From assembly GCA_034530875.2 (NCBI GenBank), contig JAVRCJ020000003.1, forward strand, positions 224,001-288,000: DNA of 64,000 nt, in the 5' to 3' direction. Shown here piece after piece: positions 20,873-31,606 of the stretch. Position numbers and translations under genes: made by a program. Under the pieces are notes generated by a model. The model had not been told where the DNA came from. It saw only the letters and a program-made list of their open reading frames with translations, and made no database searches. Source of the stretch: Nostoc sp. DedSLP01 (GTDB lineage Bacteria; Cyanobacteriota; Cyanobacteriia; Cyanobacteriales; Nostocaceae). Within the stretch, counting starts at the first letter, position 1. Every line of letters starts with the position of its first letter.

Positions 20873-21139
20873 TTATCCTTCCCCATACTGCCTTTGTTCA
20901 TAGCGTGTAGCTTGGCTAGCAGAAATTAATCGAATCTCATCATTGCGCAATGTATACACAACTACTAGGATTCGACCGAAAGCATCCATACTAATAGTAA
21001 TAAACCTCTCTTCATTAAAACGTTCATCTGTGATGGTAATTGCTAAATCATCAGAAAATATAGTTACTGCATCAGCAAAGTCAACGTTATGCTTGCGAAG
21101 ATTGGCTGCTGCTTTATCTCTATCCCACTGATACGCCAT
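20873..21139 (-). CDS. brnT: BrnT family toxin
   Basis: WDRDKAAANLRKHNVDFADA, EERF, VVVYT, IRLISA. Confidence 0.9.
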   Translation of the reverse strand: MAYQWDRDKAAANLRKHNVDFADAVTIFSDDLAITITDERFNEERFITISMDAFGRILVVVYTLRNDEIRLISASQATRYEQRQYGEG

Positions 21140-21221
21140 CTAAATCTATTGTATGCACATTTGTGCATACTAGCAGATGATGAGTACTTAACTAGTGTAT
21201 TTGTGTATGTTTTTTCTAGCT

Positions 21222-21500
21222 TCAAAAATCTTCATCATCAACAAAAAATTCGGCATCGTCTTCTAACCGAGAATTACCCTGTCTATAACCACCAAGATTC
21301 CAGAGTGGTTGCAGCAGTGCTGTGCCAATTAACCCTATAACCGCACTAAAAGCTAAAACTAAACCTGCTGGTATTTGTATTGATTGAAATGTTAAGAATT
21401 TTAACGATACTGGTGTGGCATTTTGAACTGAAATAATTGCGATCGCCATTACCCAAACAGCTACAACTACGATTGTCAATAAAGGAGCTAAAGTTTTCAT
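21222..21500 (-). CDS. LapA/DUF1049 family membrane protein
   Basis: TM-SVQNATPVSLKFL-TM architecture. Confidence 0.75.
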   Translation of the reverse strand: MKTLAPLLTIVVVAVWVMAIAIISVQNATPVSLKFLTFQSIQIPAGLVLAFSAVIGLIGTALLQPLWNLGGYRQGNSRLEDDAEFFVDDEDF

Positions 21501-21512
21501 ATCTTAATAAAA

Positions 21513-21627
21513 GTTAGGAGTTAGGAGTGAGGAGTTAGGAGTTCAGATTTTCATCAAAGTTATAAATTAAGAGTTAAGAGTTGTAAATTAACAATTCTTA
21601 ACTCTTAACTCCTAACTATTAACTCCC
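21513..21627. repeat. Inverted STRR arrays (TAGGAGT / ACTCCTA)
   Basis: gttaggagttaggag...taactcttaactcctaactattaactcc. Confidence 0.8.
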
Positions 21628-21640
21628 GATTTTGAATAAA

Positions 21641-23080
21641 TTAAACTGCTACAGTTTCTAGCTTAGCAATGGCACTTTTCATCTGTTGAGAGATTTGGGT
21701 GAGTTTTTCGGGAGAGTTGGTTTCTAGGTAAACGCGCACCAAAGGTTCTGTACCAGAAGCGCGCAGTAACACCCAGCTACCTTCTTCTAAATAGAGTTTA
21801 ATGCCGTCTTTACGCCCGACTTCTTTGACTTTAATTCTTGCTACCTCTGTGGGTGGATTTTTGGTAAAGGAGTCCATGACAGCGGTTTTGTGAGACTCAG
21901 TGAGGTGTAAGTCTAGACGGGTATTGTAAAGCGGGCCGTCGGCTTCCGCGATCGCTTCGTTAACTAACTGACTTAGGGGTTTACCTTCGTAGGCAATAGC
22001 TTCCGCCACCAGCATATCCGCTAAAACACCGTCTTTTTCCGGAATATGCCCAATTACACTTAATCCGCCTGATTCTTCACCACCAATCAGTACGGCAGTT
22101 TCCCGCATTTTTTCACCAATGTATTTAAAGCCTACTGGTGTTTCATAAATTTGCAGCCCATATTTAGCCGCGAAATTATCCAGTAGGTGCGTTGTAGCCA
22201 CAGTGCGGACTATAGCGCCGCTTTTACCTTTATTTTTGATTAAATGTCGTGCTAAAACTAACAGCACAGTATTGGGAGTGAGGACGTTTCCTTGTTCGTC
22301 AACAATACCAAAGCGATCGCTATCTCCATCTGTCGCCAAACCCAAATCTGCGCGATCCTTGACTACTGCTTCTACTAACTCAACTAATTGTTCTCCCTTG
22401 GGTTCGGGCATCCCGCCGCCAAATAATACATCTCTCCAAGTGTGGAAAGTTTCTAATTGAGCGCCGCTTTGTTGCAAAACTTCATCTAAATAACCGCGAG
22501 AAGTAGAATAGAGAGCATCGTATTTTACTTTTAAATTAGCGTTCTTAATTTTTTGTATGTCAAGCAGTGTATAGATAAATTGCAGGTAATCCGGCTTGGG
22601 ATCGAAAGTAGAAATTGAACCAGATGGATTGTTGCTAGGCAGTTCATCTGATGCACTTTTTATATTTGCCACAATAGTATCAGTAATCTCTGGAGTGGCA
22701 GGTCCAGCATAATCAGGGATATATTTAATTCCACAGTATGGTGCTGGATTATGGCTAGCAGTAAACATTAACGCCCCAGCGGAATTTAGGTGACGGGCGT
22801 TGTAGGCAATTACTGGTGTGGGACAATCCCGATCGGTAATTTTGACAGTCCAACCCAAATCTGCCAGAACTTGGGCTGCTGTACGGGCAAACTGGTCGGC
22901 TAAAAATCGAGTATCGTAAGCTATAAGTACTGGTCTATCTTTTGTATAGGCTGTTTCGAGGTAACTGGCGATCGCTCTTGTTACTTTTCGCACATTGGGG
23001 AAAGTAAAGTCATCGGCAATAATCCCTCGCCATCCATCAGTACCAAATTTTATCTTACTGGAATTGCCACTAGCGCTCAT
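21641..23080 (-). CDS. Phosphoglucomutase/phosphomannomutase family protein
   Basis: KFGTDGWRG, TASHNP, DGDSDR, GGEESGG, RASGTEP. Confidence 0.95.
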   Translation of the reverse strand: MSASGNSSKIKFGTDGWRGIIADDFTFPNVRKVTRAIASYLETAYTKDRPVLIAYDTRFLADQFARTAAQVLADLGWTVKITDRDCPTPVIAYNARHLNSAGALMFTASHNPAPYCGIKYIPDYAGPATPEITDTIVANIKSASDELPSNNPSGSISTFDPKPDYLQFIYTLLDIQKIKNANLKVKYDALYSTSRGYLDEVLQQSGAQLETFHTWRDVLFGGGMPEPKGEQLVELVEAVVKDRADLGLATDGDSDRFGIVDEQGNVLTPNTVLLVLARHLIKNKGKSGAIVRTVATTHLLDNFAAKYGLQIYETPVGFKYIGEKMRETAVLIGGEESGGLSVIGHIPEKDGVLADMLVAEAIAYEGKPLSQLVNEAIAEADGPLYNTRLDLHLTESHKTAVMDSFTKNPPTEVARIKVKEVGRKDGIKLYLEEGSWVLLRASGTEPLVRVYLETNSPEKLTQISQQMKSAIAKLETVAV

Positions 23081-23228
23081 TTTTGCCACTTGCTCCCGTA
23101 CATCATCAGTACTATTACAAGCTTCCCGCAAAGCGCGTGTAGCAGCAAGTATCCTCCGAGGTTTATGTTCGGCGGAAACTAGCGAACATATTTCTTCCCA
23201 GCGTACTTTCTCTCACTGTTTCCGAGCA

Positions 23229-24083
23229 ATGTCAACCCCCGATCGACCTTTTGCCAGTTATCACCTTTGGTCTTTAGTTGCCCCAGCGTCAGGGCAAGAA
23301 CGCTGGCATTGCCAGATGAGACGGGGGTTTATCAAAGCGCGGCAAAACGAACCACAAGTCAAAGCACTGTTAACGCAAGCTACCGCACCCCAGCGGATTG
23401 GGATACTTGCCCAAAAAGGCGTTTATGAGTTTCATAATCACAGACATCTTTTACAGCAACCGGATGGCGTAGAAAAAGTTGCACAGCTACTACAATTAGG
23501 CAACTCCAGCGATCGAGTCCGGGAACGGGTGCTGCAAATTTTGAAAAAATATCATGATGCACCGTTGCTGTTGAATAAAAATATTATTCAATTAACTCCA
23601 GGCGATGAAGGTTTTCCTAAACCGATTGTTGTCGAACAGCAAGATTCTTGCTTTCGATTATACGCGGCTATGGACTGTGTTTTTATTGAAAGCGATCGCA
23701 CTTTACATATTTTAGATTTCAAGACTGGAAAATCAGCTTTTGACAGACGACAAGCTTTAGTTTATTTATTAGCTGCTCGTTATCTCTACCCTGGTAGACA
23801 AGCTGTCGCCTCATTTTATAATCTAGAAATATCTAAAAAATCAGAGCTAATTACGATTAGCAATAGCGAATTAGAATCTTTAAAATTTGAGTTAGCTAAT
23901 ATAGCTCACAAACACCAGCACGATTTACAAAAATATCAAGAAGAAACGACTAATTTTAGTAAAATTTTCCCGCCAAATCCAGGCTCTCACTGCCGCTTTT
24001 GTCCATTTAATTCTATCTGCGAGTTTGCTGATTTTAAGCAACATCAATCGTATCCATTACCCAGTTTAAGAGTTAATACTTAA
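23229..24083 (+). CDS. PD-(D/E)XK nuclease, RecB/Cas4-like with iron-staple cysteines
   Basis: AAMD...ILDFKTG, QALVY motif, N-terminal Cys plus C-terminal CRFCPFNSIC. Confidence 0.85.
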   Translation: MSTPDRPFASYHLWSLVAPASGQERWHCQMRRGFIKARQNEPQVKALLTQATAPQRIGILAQKGVYEFHNHRHLLQQPDGVEKVAQLLQLGNSSDRVRERVLQILKKYHDAPLLLNKNIIQLTPGDEGFPKPIVVEQQDSCFRLYAAMDCVFIESDRTLHILDFKTGKSAFDRRQALVYLLAARYLYPGRQAVASFYNLEISKKSELITISNSELESLKFELANIAHKHQHDLQKYQEETTNFSKIFPPNPGSHCRFCPFNSICEFADFKQHQSYPLPSLRVNT

Positions 24084-24088
24084 TATTT

Positions 24089-24235
24089 TGGGCATTGGGT
24101 ATGGGGAGATGGGGAAGTGTGGGAAGTGTGGGAGGAGAGGGAGGTGTGGGAGGTGTGGAAAGCATAAATTCTCTTTCTTCCCTCACTTCGCCCGCTTCCC
24201 CCACTCCTTACACTCCCTGCTTGCCCCATTCCTAA
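24089..24235. repeat. Nonamer-based inverted repeat element (GGGAAGTGT family)
   Basis: gggaagtgt/gggaggtgt tandem arm, central AT spacer, complementary C-rich arm. Confidence 0.75.
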
Positions 24236-24237
24236 AT

Positions 24238-25911
24238 TTAAAAAGGTGGCAGTTCTTTAAGAATCGTGAACCTAATATGATTGATTGCCAAATCTCCAAT
24301 GGGGACATCTTCTTTGGTTAACCTGGCACCTTGACTGGTTACAGTTTCAAAGGTGATACCTTTACCAATTTCAATGTGATACCAGCACAAGCCCATAAAA
24401 AAGCGGGTGGGATAAGGGCCGCCATGACCGACATCATCAGGATTCGATTCCATTGGCAACCAGCCAAAATTCGGTACGTAGAATTCCAGCCAAACGTGAT
24501 TAAAATCAGGTTGTAGCGGTACGCCTTGATGTTCGCCATTCGGTGGACATTTATACCTGCCAACGGTGCGGCAGGGGATGCCATTTAAACGGCATAGGGC
24601 AAGTAAAACGCCTACATATTCGCCACATGAGCCAACACCGCGTTCTAAAACTACATCTGGCGTATCAATGTAAGGCTTGATACCATAAGATAATTCGTCA
24701 TAAACATAATTACGGATACTATACATTTTCCGCAACAGATTGGTTTCCGAACCAACAGCATCTCTGGCGGCGCGGCGGACAATGGTAGTATCCATTGCTA
24801 AGTCGTCGTCGTCCACTAAGTAGCGGGTTTGCAATTCTGGTGACAGTTCGGGTACATTTTCTACGTCTCTTGGTGTGATGCGATACTTAATTCCCCGAAC
24901 TTCCAAAAGTGCTTTCCAGCCAAATATGTGTCGTTCGCCTGGGGTGAGGGCATCAAATTTAAATACTGCTACGCGTTGCCCATCTATAATTTCTTCAGTG
25001 AAGGGTAAACCAATGGGTTCAACCTGCTTCACCTTTTGACGGGGAGTTTCTGAAGGTAGAGCAATGCGCCATTCTACCTCAGGTAAATAAACTTCATCTA
25101 ACGGTGCAATTTCTTCCGCATAAGACATTTCTATGAGATAGCCGTTAGAGAGGGCATAACATTTATCTGGCTCGTAATGATAATGAAGCGGGTGAATAAA
25201 AGTAAGATCGCGGTAGGTTAACTCGTGATTGGGGTCAGCATTTGGGTTATCCCGAATATAAGGCTCCTCAGAGGCATAGGCGACATACAAACTTTCTTTA
25301 CCCGTCTCGCTATCTTGATGTATTGCTATGCCTGTAGGCGATTCAAAGGGCGTCAAAACGCTAAATTGAAGTTCTCCAGTTGCTCTGTCCATCGCGTAAA
25401 CTGTTTGTTCTGTGCGATCGCAAATCCACAACATGTCCTGGCTAACTGCCAAATTTTCTACCCCAACTCCAGGAGCATAAAATCTTGTAATTTCTTTTCG
25501 CGTTTCCCGGTCAAAAATTAGAATGTAGCCTAACCTTTCACAAGTAATGTATACTGTTGTATCCCAAACAGCAACGCCGTTGGCAGGATAAGGCAAAGTG
25601 ACGAAATGTTCCAGACCCAAAGCATTCAGGTTGCACAAATAAACGCTATGGTCGCGGGTTACCCATAGCGTATCTTCCCATATCGCTATACCAGTCACAT
25701 CGGTAAATTCCTTAACTTGATGCGGATTAAGGATTTTACTGTTGTCAGAGGTGGGATCGATTTCTAGTAAATGCCCTTTGAGAGTGTCAATCGCAATCAG
25801 TTTATCTTTAATGAAAGCAATACCGCATAGAGTAGCAGCAGTAAGCGGTCGAATTGTTTTTTGCCCAAACATCATCTGGCTAGCAGTCAAAGTCGGAAGT
25901 GCAAAACTCAT
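24238..25911 (-). CDS. Transglutaminase-like domain protein with N-terminal beta-propeller
   Basis: GSCGEY catalytic Cys, FNHVWLEF His; repeated G[IV]A[IV]W blades at the N-terminus. Confidence 0.85.
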   Translation of the reverse strand: MSFALPTLTASQMMFGQKTIRPLTAATLCGIAFIKDKLIAIDTLKGHLLEIDPTSDNSKILNPHQVKEFTDVTGIAIWEDTLWVTRDHSVYLCNLNALGLEHFVTLPYPANGVAVWDTTVYITCERLGYILIFDRETRKEITRFYAPGVGVENLAVSQDMLWICDRTEQTVYAMDRATGELQFSVLTPFESPTGIAIHQDSETGKESLYVAYASEEPYIRDNPNADPNHELTYRDLTFIHPLHYHYEPDKCYALSNGYLIEMSYAEEIAPLDEVYLPEVEWRIALPSETPRQKVKQVEPIGLPFTEEIIDGQRVAVFKFDALTPGERHIFGWKALLEVRGIKYRITPRDVENVPELSPELQTRYLVDDDDLAMDTTIVRRAARDAVGSETNLLRKMYSIRNYVYDELSYGIKPYIDTPDVVLERGVGSCGEYVGVLLALCRLNGIPCRTVGRYKCPPNGEHQGVPLQPDFNHVWLEFYVPNFGWLPMESNPDDVGHGGPYPTRFFMGLCWYHIEIGKGITFETVTSQGARLTKEDVPIGDLAINHIRFTILKELPPF

Positions 25912-26352
25912 ATTTAAGTATATTTTTTAAATGGTTTAGCACGTTTAAGCTATTCCAAATTTGGAATTCCTTTGCAAAAGTCTGCGACAAAGGTAAACCC
26001 CCCTGGCAACTTGACACAAAATTCCCAATTAAGAAATGCGATCGTGCCATGCATCCTAGTGAATTACTGGATGCAAATTGAAGCAATGGCAGCCTAAAAT
26101 TAATTGTGGCATATCCTCATGTCAGCGAACTTAAGACTTCTATTAATCTCAATTATCAGTACAATGTGTTATCAAAAACTCTTTCGTAAGAAATAACACA
26201 TATATGTCAACAGAAGAGAAATTTGCCAATCAAAAGAATCGCTTCTACACTCATAAGATTTAGTATTGCCTTAATGTAACTTTAGGAGATGGTTTTCCAG
26301 CCATCACTAAATTATGATCGAATTTTGTAACCATTTCCTGTGACTTAACACG

Positions 26353-29211
26353 ATGTCTGCTAATTCTCTGCCTGAAGCTGCTGCCGTTTGGCATAGTTTA
26401 GAAGCTGATAAAGCGCTAGACCTGCTTGATAGTAACGCAGACAGTGGCTTAAAACCCGAAGATATTCAACAAAGGTTGCAAAAATACGGCCCCAATGAAT
26501 TAGAAGAAACGGCTGGCCGTAGTGCTTGGGAAATTTTGCTAGATCAGTTCAAGAACATTATGTTGTTGATGCTGATTGGCGTAGCTCTGATTTCTGGATT
26601 TTTAGACTTATGGGCTTGGCGAACGGGCGGCTTGAAGCCTGGTGAAGTGCCATTTAAAGATACCATCGCTATCCTGGCAATTGTCATCCTCAATGGCATA
26701 CTCGGTTATGTCCAAGAAAGCCGTGCAGAAAAAGCCCTGGCAGCACTGAAGAAACTCACATCACCCTTAGTAAGAGTCATCCGCGACGCGAGATTGGTGG
26801 AGGTAGCAGCTAAGGAACTAGTCCCAGGAGATGTGATGCTGCTAGAAGCTGGAATGCAGGTAGCCGCAGATGGGCGCTTAATCGAACAGTCTAATTTACA
26901 GGTGCGAGAATCAGCATTGACTGGCGAAGCCGAAGCTGTCAACAAAAACGCAACAATAAATTTACCCGAAGAAACAGATTTAGGCGATCGCATCAATCTG
27001 GTTTTCCAAGGAACCGAAATCGTCCAAGGACGAGGTAAAGTTCTGGTAACCAACACCGGTATGACAACAGAACTAGGCAAAATTGCTGCCATGTTGCAGT
27101 CGGTGGATAGCGAACCCACACCTTTACAACAGCGGATGACTCAACTGGGGAATGTCCTGGTTACGGGTTCTTTAGTTCTCGTGGCGATTGTTGTTGTCGG
27201 CGGTGTCATTCAGGCTCGAGGTTTTAGCAATATCCAAGAACTTTTGGAAGTTTCCTTGAGTATGGCGGTTGCTGTCGTCCCAGAAGGTTTACCTGCTGTA
27301 ATTACCGTTACCTTGGCACTGGGAACTCAGCGCATGGTGCGCCAGAATGCCTTGATTCGCAAACTGCCAGCAGTGGAAACACTCGGTTCTGTAACTACCA
27401 TCTGTTCTGATAAAACTGGCACCCTGACTCAAAATAAAATGGTGGTGCAGTCGCTTTTCACCAATGACAAAACTTTTCGCGTCACTGGAGAAGGTTATGC
27501 GCCTACAGGAGATTTTCTCGTAGATAGTCAAAAAGTTTTTGTAGAAGATTCGCCAGAAATCTCAGCTTTGTCTGTAGCTTGCGCCGTTTGTAATGATTCA
27601 GTCCTGCAAAAAGAAAAAGGCGAATGGGCGATTTTGGGAGATCCTACAGAAGGAGCATTAGTAACCCTGGCGGGGAAAGCGGGAATCGAAAAAGAACAAT
27701 GGAATAGTAAGTTACCCCGCGTTGGAGAATTTCCCTTCTCCTCCGAACGCAAGCGGATGAGTGTAATTGCTCAAGTACAAGAAGTCGCCACAGGTGAAGG
27801 GTCTTTAAATGCCGTCGATCCTGCGATCGCTAACTTCTTACAATCCGAACCTTACTTAATGTTTACCAAAGGTTCGCCAGAGTTAATCTTGGCACGTTGT
27901 ACTCAGCTTTATTTGGGCGATCGCTCAACGCCTTTAACCGAAGAACAACGCCAGAGAATTCTGGCACAAAATGACAACATGGCGGGTAAAGGTTTGCGGG
28001 TACTAGGTTTTGCCTACAAACCCTTATCTGAGATTCCACCAGAAGGTTCAGACGAGGCATCAGAGCAAGACTTAGTTTGGCTGGGATTAGTGGGAATGCT
28101 GGATGCGCCACGCCCAGAAGTGAGAGCATCCGTGCAAGAGTGTCGCGATGCCGGAATTCGCCCGGTGATGATTACTGGCGACCATCAGTTAACAGCACGA
28201 GCGATCGCCACCGATTTGGGAATTGCTAAAGAAGATGACCGATTGCTCACAGGTCAAGAGTTGCAACGAATGAGCGACCAAGAACTAGAGCAAAACGTTG
28301 ATTTGGTCAGCATCTATGCCAGGGTTGCCCCAGAACACAAACTGCGAATTGTCCAAGCCCTACAACGCCGGGGTAGATTCGTAGCCATGACAGGTGATGG
28401 CGTCAACGATGCCCCAGCCCTTAAACAAGCTGATATCGGCATTGCAATGGGCATTACTGGCACGGATGTGAGTAAAGAAGCCAGCGATATGGTGTTACTC
28501 GACGATAACTTCGCTACCATTGTCACCGCTACTAAAGAAGGTAGAGTAGTTTACACCAATATCCGCCGTTTTATTAAATACATCCTGGGCAGTAACATTG
28601 GCGAAGTTTTGACAATAGCTGCCGCACCCTTAATTGGATTGGGAGGCGTTCCCTTGACGCCATTGCAAATTCTGTGGATGAACTTGGTAACGGATGGTTT
28701 GCCAGCCCTAGCCTTAGCAGTGGAACCCCCCGAACCAGACGTGATGAAACGTCCGCCTTTTAGTCCCCGCGAAAGTATTTTTGCCAGGGGATTAGGTTCT
28801 TACATGATTCGCATTGGTATAATCTTTGCCATTATCACCATTGCCTTGATGTGGTGGGCTTATCAACATACCCATGCCCAAGGCTATCAGGGAAATCCTG
28901 ATTCTTGGAAAACGATGGTATTTACTACCTTGTGTATCGCTCAAATGGGCCACGCGATCGCCATTCGCTCCAACAACCGACTGACCATCGAAATGAATCC
29001 TTTCTCTAATATATTTGTACTAGCGGCTGTTATTGTGACCACGATTTTACAGTTGATGCTAGTTTACGTTCCACCCCTGCGAGACTTCTTTGGCACTCAC
29101 TTCCTAACTTTGCAAGAATTGGGAGTTTGTATTGGCTTCAGTGCCTTAATGTTTGTGTGGATTGAATTAGAGAAGATATTCTTACGCATTGTGGGCAAGA
29201 AGGCTGTTTGA
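26353..29211 (+). CDS. Cation-transporting P-type ATPase (type IIA, PacL/Ca2+-like)
   Basis: PEGLP, DKTGTLT, KGSPE, TGD and [11 protein letters not shown] motifs. Confidence 0.95.
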   Translation: MSANSLPEAAAVWHSLEADKALDLLDSNADSGLKPEDIQQRLQKYGPNELEETAGRSAWEILLDQFKNIMLLMLIGVALISGFLDLWAWRTGGLKPGEVPFKDTIAILAIVILNGILGYVQESRAEKALAALKKLTSPLVRVIRDARLVEVAAKELVPGDVMLLEAGMQVAADGRLIEQSNLQVRESALTGEAEAVNKNATINLPEETDLGDRINLVFQGTEIVQGRGKVLVTNTGMTTELGKIAAMLQSVDSEPTPLQQRMTQLGNVLVTGSLVLVAIVVVGGVIQARGFSNIQELLEVSLSMAVAVVPEGLPAVITVTLALGTQRMVRQNALIRKLPAVETLGSVTTICSDKTGTLTQNKMVVQSLFTNDKTFRVTGEGYAPTGDFLVDSQKVFVEDSPEISALSVACAVCNDSVLQKEKGEWAILGDPTEGALVTLAGKAGIEKEQWNSKLPRVGEFPFSSERKRMSVIAQVQEVATGEGSLNAVDPAIANFLQSEPYLMFTKGSPELILARCTQLYLGDRSTPLTEEQRQRILAQNDNMAGKGLRVLGFAYKPLSEIPPEGSDEASEQDLVWLGLVGMLDAPRPEVRASVQECRDAGIRPVMITGDHQLTARAIATDLGIAKEDDRLLTGQELQRMSDQELEQNVDLVSIYARVAPEHKLRIVQALQRRGRFVAMTGDGVNDAPALKQADIGIAMGITGTDVSKEASDMVLLDDNFATIVTATKEGRVVYTNIRRFIKYILGSNIGEVLTIAAAPLIGLGGVPLTPLQILWMNLVTDGLPALALAVEPPEPDVMKRPPFSPRESIFARGLGSYMIRIGIIFAIITIALMWWAYQHTHAQGYQGNPDSWKTMVFTTLCIAQMGHAIAIRSNNRLTIEMNPFSNIFVLAAVIVTTILQLMLVYVPPLRDFFGTHFLTLQELGVCIGFSALMFVWIELEKIFLRIVGKKAV

Positions 29212-29214
29212 TGG

Positions 29215-29370
29215 CGATGGGGCATGGGGCATAGGGTATGGGAGCAGGGAGCAGGGAGCAGAGGGGAAAGAAGTAATTTTTCATTTTCCCCCTTGCCCCC
29301 TCCCCCTGCTTCCCTACCTTTTCCCAATCCCTAGTACCTAATCCCCAGTCGCCAGTCCCCAATCCCCACT
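29215..29370. repeat. Inverted STRR arrays
   Basis: ggggcat, gggagca and ccccagt/cccaat heptamer tracts. Confidence 0.8.
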
Positions 29371-30489
29371 ATGTACCTGAAAACTTTACACCTGAGACAA
29401 TTTCGTAATTATCAAGACCAGAAGGTTGAGTTTACTGCTGCCAAAACAATTTTGGTGGGTAATAACGCTCAGGGAAAGTCGAATTTGTTAGAGGCAGTGG
29501 AGTTGTTGGCAACATTGCGATCGCACCGCATAGCACGCGATCGCGATCTAGTCAAAGATGGGGAAGCTATAGCCCAAATTAATGCTGTTCTTGAGCGACA
29601 AACAGGTGTCAGCGATTTAACTTTAACCCTGCGCCGCAATGGTCGGCGTAGCGTTGCTCTCAATGGCGAGTCTGTACGCCGTCAAATGGATTTTCTTGGC
29701 GTTCTCAATGCAGTCGAATTTTCCAGCCTAGATTTAGAACTAGTACGCGGCGGCCCCGAAGGTCGCCGCAACTGGTTAGATACCCTTTTAATTCAACTCG
29801 AACCGGTTTACGCTCACATTTTGCAGCAGTATAACCATGTGTTACGCCAGCGCAATGCCTTTTTAAAAAACCATCAAGATTCAGCACTCAGTACTGGACA
29901 ATCAGAACTTGCTTTGTGGGATGCACAATTAGCTACTACAGGCACGCGGGTAATTAGACGCCGCGATCGCGCCATACAGCGGCTAGCTCCCATTGCTACT
30001 GCTTGGCACGCCAGTATCAGTGGTAGTACGGAAAATCTCCAAATTAAATACGCCCCTAATATTCCTCTAGAAGACAACCAGCCAGAACAAGTCCAACAAG
30101 CTTTTTTAACTAAAATTCAACAGCGAACCGTAGCCGAACTTCATCAATGCACTACTTTAGTCGGACCCCATCGTGACGAAGTTGAATTAACCATTAACCA
30201 GACACCCGCACGTCAATACGGTTCTCAAGGTCAACAACGAACCCTGGTTCTGGCTTTAAAATTAGCAGAATTACAATTAATTGAAGAAGTCGTCAAAGAG
30301 CCACCATTGCTATTGCTTGATGATGTGCTGGCCGAACTAGATTTATCGCGCCAAAATCAACTACTTGATGCTATTCAAGACCGCTTTCAAACCTTAATTA
30401 CTACTACTCATTTGGGTTCATTCGATTCCCAATGGTTAAAATCCTCACAAATTCTTTTTGTCAAGGCAGGAGAAATAATGCAACATTAA
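29371..30489 (+). CDS. recF: DNA replication/repair protein RecF
   Basis: FRNY, GNNAQGKSN, GPHRDE, GSQGQQR, LLLLDDVLAELD. Confidence 0.97.
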   Translation: MYLKTLHLRQFRNYQDQKVEFTAAKTILVGNNAQGKSNLLEAVELLATLRSHRIARDRDLVKDGEAIAQINAVLERQTGVSDLTLTLRRNGRRSVALNGESVRRQMDFLGVLNAVEFSSLDLELVRGGPEGRRNWLDTLLIQLEPVYAHILQQYNHVLRQRNAFLKNHQDSALSTGQSELALWDAQLATTGTRVIRRRDRAIQRLAPIATAWHASISGSTENLQIKYAPNIPLEDNQPEQVQQAFLTKIQQRTVAELHQCTTLVGPHRDEVELTINQTPARQYGSQGQQRTLVLALKLAELQLIEEVVKEPPLLLLDDVLAELDLSRQNQLLDAIQDRFQTLITTTHLGSFDSQWLKSSQILFVKAGEIMQH

Positions 30490-30617
30490 TCGTTGACTGT
30501 TGACTGGGCATGGGGTCAGGGGAGCAGGGGAAAAGGTTAAAGGGAAAAGGGAAAAGGAATAAATATAATCTTTCCCTTTTCCCCCTTACCCCTTTCCCCA
30601 TACCCAATGCCCAATGC

Positions 30618-31142
30618 CTAAAAATCAAAACAACTATCATTAATAGATTTTTTCTTCGTTGACACTGCTGGTAATGTCGTTTTTTCTACCGCTTCAACTA
30701 AAGAACGTGCAACGCGGTCTACATAAGGACGAGATAAAGACCAGATTAGGGGCGACAACCAACCGCGCAGTGTTACGGAATAAGATAAACATGTACCACA
30801 AAGCGTTGATTCTACTTTGTAAGTTACCCGTTCTTCTATTCCAGGAATTGCCAGAACTCGGATACTCAGCATCTCTCTAGGATTGACGCGTTCCACAAAA
30901 ATCCGGATCGGAATTGGCGAAAAGCGCGTTACTGCCTGAAAGATTAATCCTGGTTTGGGTACTAAACCGTAAGGTACATTAGTACTTTTAAGTAGTGGAT
31001 GCCAGGAAACATCTGTTAAGTCAACCACTTTTTGCCACAGTTCATCTACAGAAGCAGAACTAATCTCTCGATACGTCCGCACCAGAGAAGCGCAAAACCG
31101 ACGACGTTTGCGGTGGATGAATTTGGATAACCAACCTTGCAT
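30618..31142 (-). CDS. SRPBCC / polyketide cyclase-like protein
   Basis: SASVDELWQKVVDLTDVSWHP START-like N-terminus. Confidence 0.7.
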   Translation of the reverse strand: MQGWLSKFIHRKRRRFCASLVRTYREISSASVDELWQKVVDLTDVSWHPLLKSTNVPYGLVPKPGLIFQAVTRFSPIPIRIFVERVNPREMLSIRVLAIPGIEERVTYKVESTLCGTCLSYSVTLRGWLSPLIWSLSRPYVDRVARSLVEAVEKTTLPAVSTKKKSINDSCFDF

Positions 31143-31606
31143 TTTCCTAATCCTCCTCCTCGCTAGACACTTTCTGGTAATTCTGGTACTTTAGGCAACT
31201 ACGTTTAGTCCCGAGAGCGAAACTTTCTGAAAATTGCTTTTAGCATAGTAAGGGTATATTGGGTAGCCATACCAACCGCCAAGATCGTAAATAAATATGA
31301 ATATGGCGCAAAGTTTGGAGCTTAGCAGTAAAACCCTTGATAGTTAAAGGTTAAGACTAAATTTTAGTGTTTCTACGAGAATATTCCAATTAAAAATTTC
31401 AAAAAAAACTTAGTCAATATACAAGCCTATACGCATTTGAGGGAAAATAACTCTAATGATGCCCATCAATCCTATAAATGCTTGACCAGTCAGAAAAAAA
31501 AGTAGGTTGGGCAAATAGAGCTTGATTGCTGGTGCGTATTTCCCTCAAATTTTTAAGATGAGAAATTTGTGGCTTTCTGGAAATTGTAATTTAGGTTCGG
31601 GAATCT

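Noticed and set aside
24088..24321. Cys/Gly-rich 77-aa ORF (GKCGKCGRRGRCGRCG), superficially metallothionein- or RiPP-like
   Set aside because: It is the translation of the nonamer repeat element and overlaps the transglutaminase gene; the same applies to ORFs 29097-29362, 33296-33514, 35550-35891 and 37109-37457.
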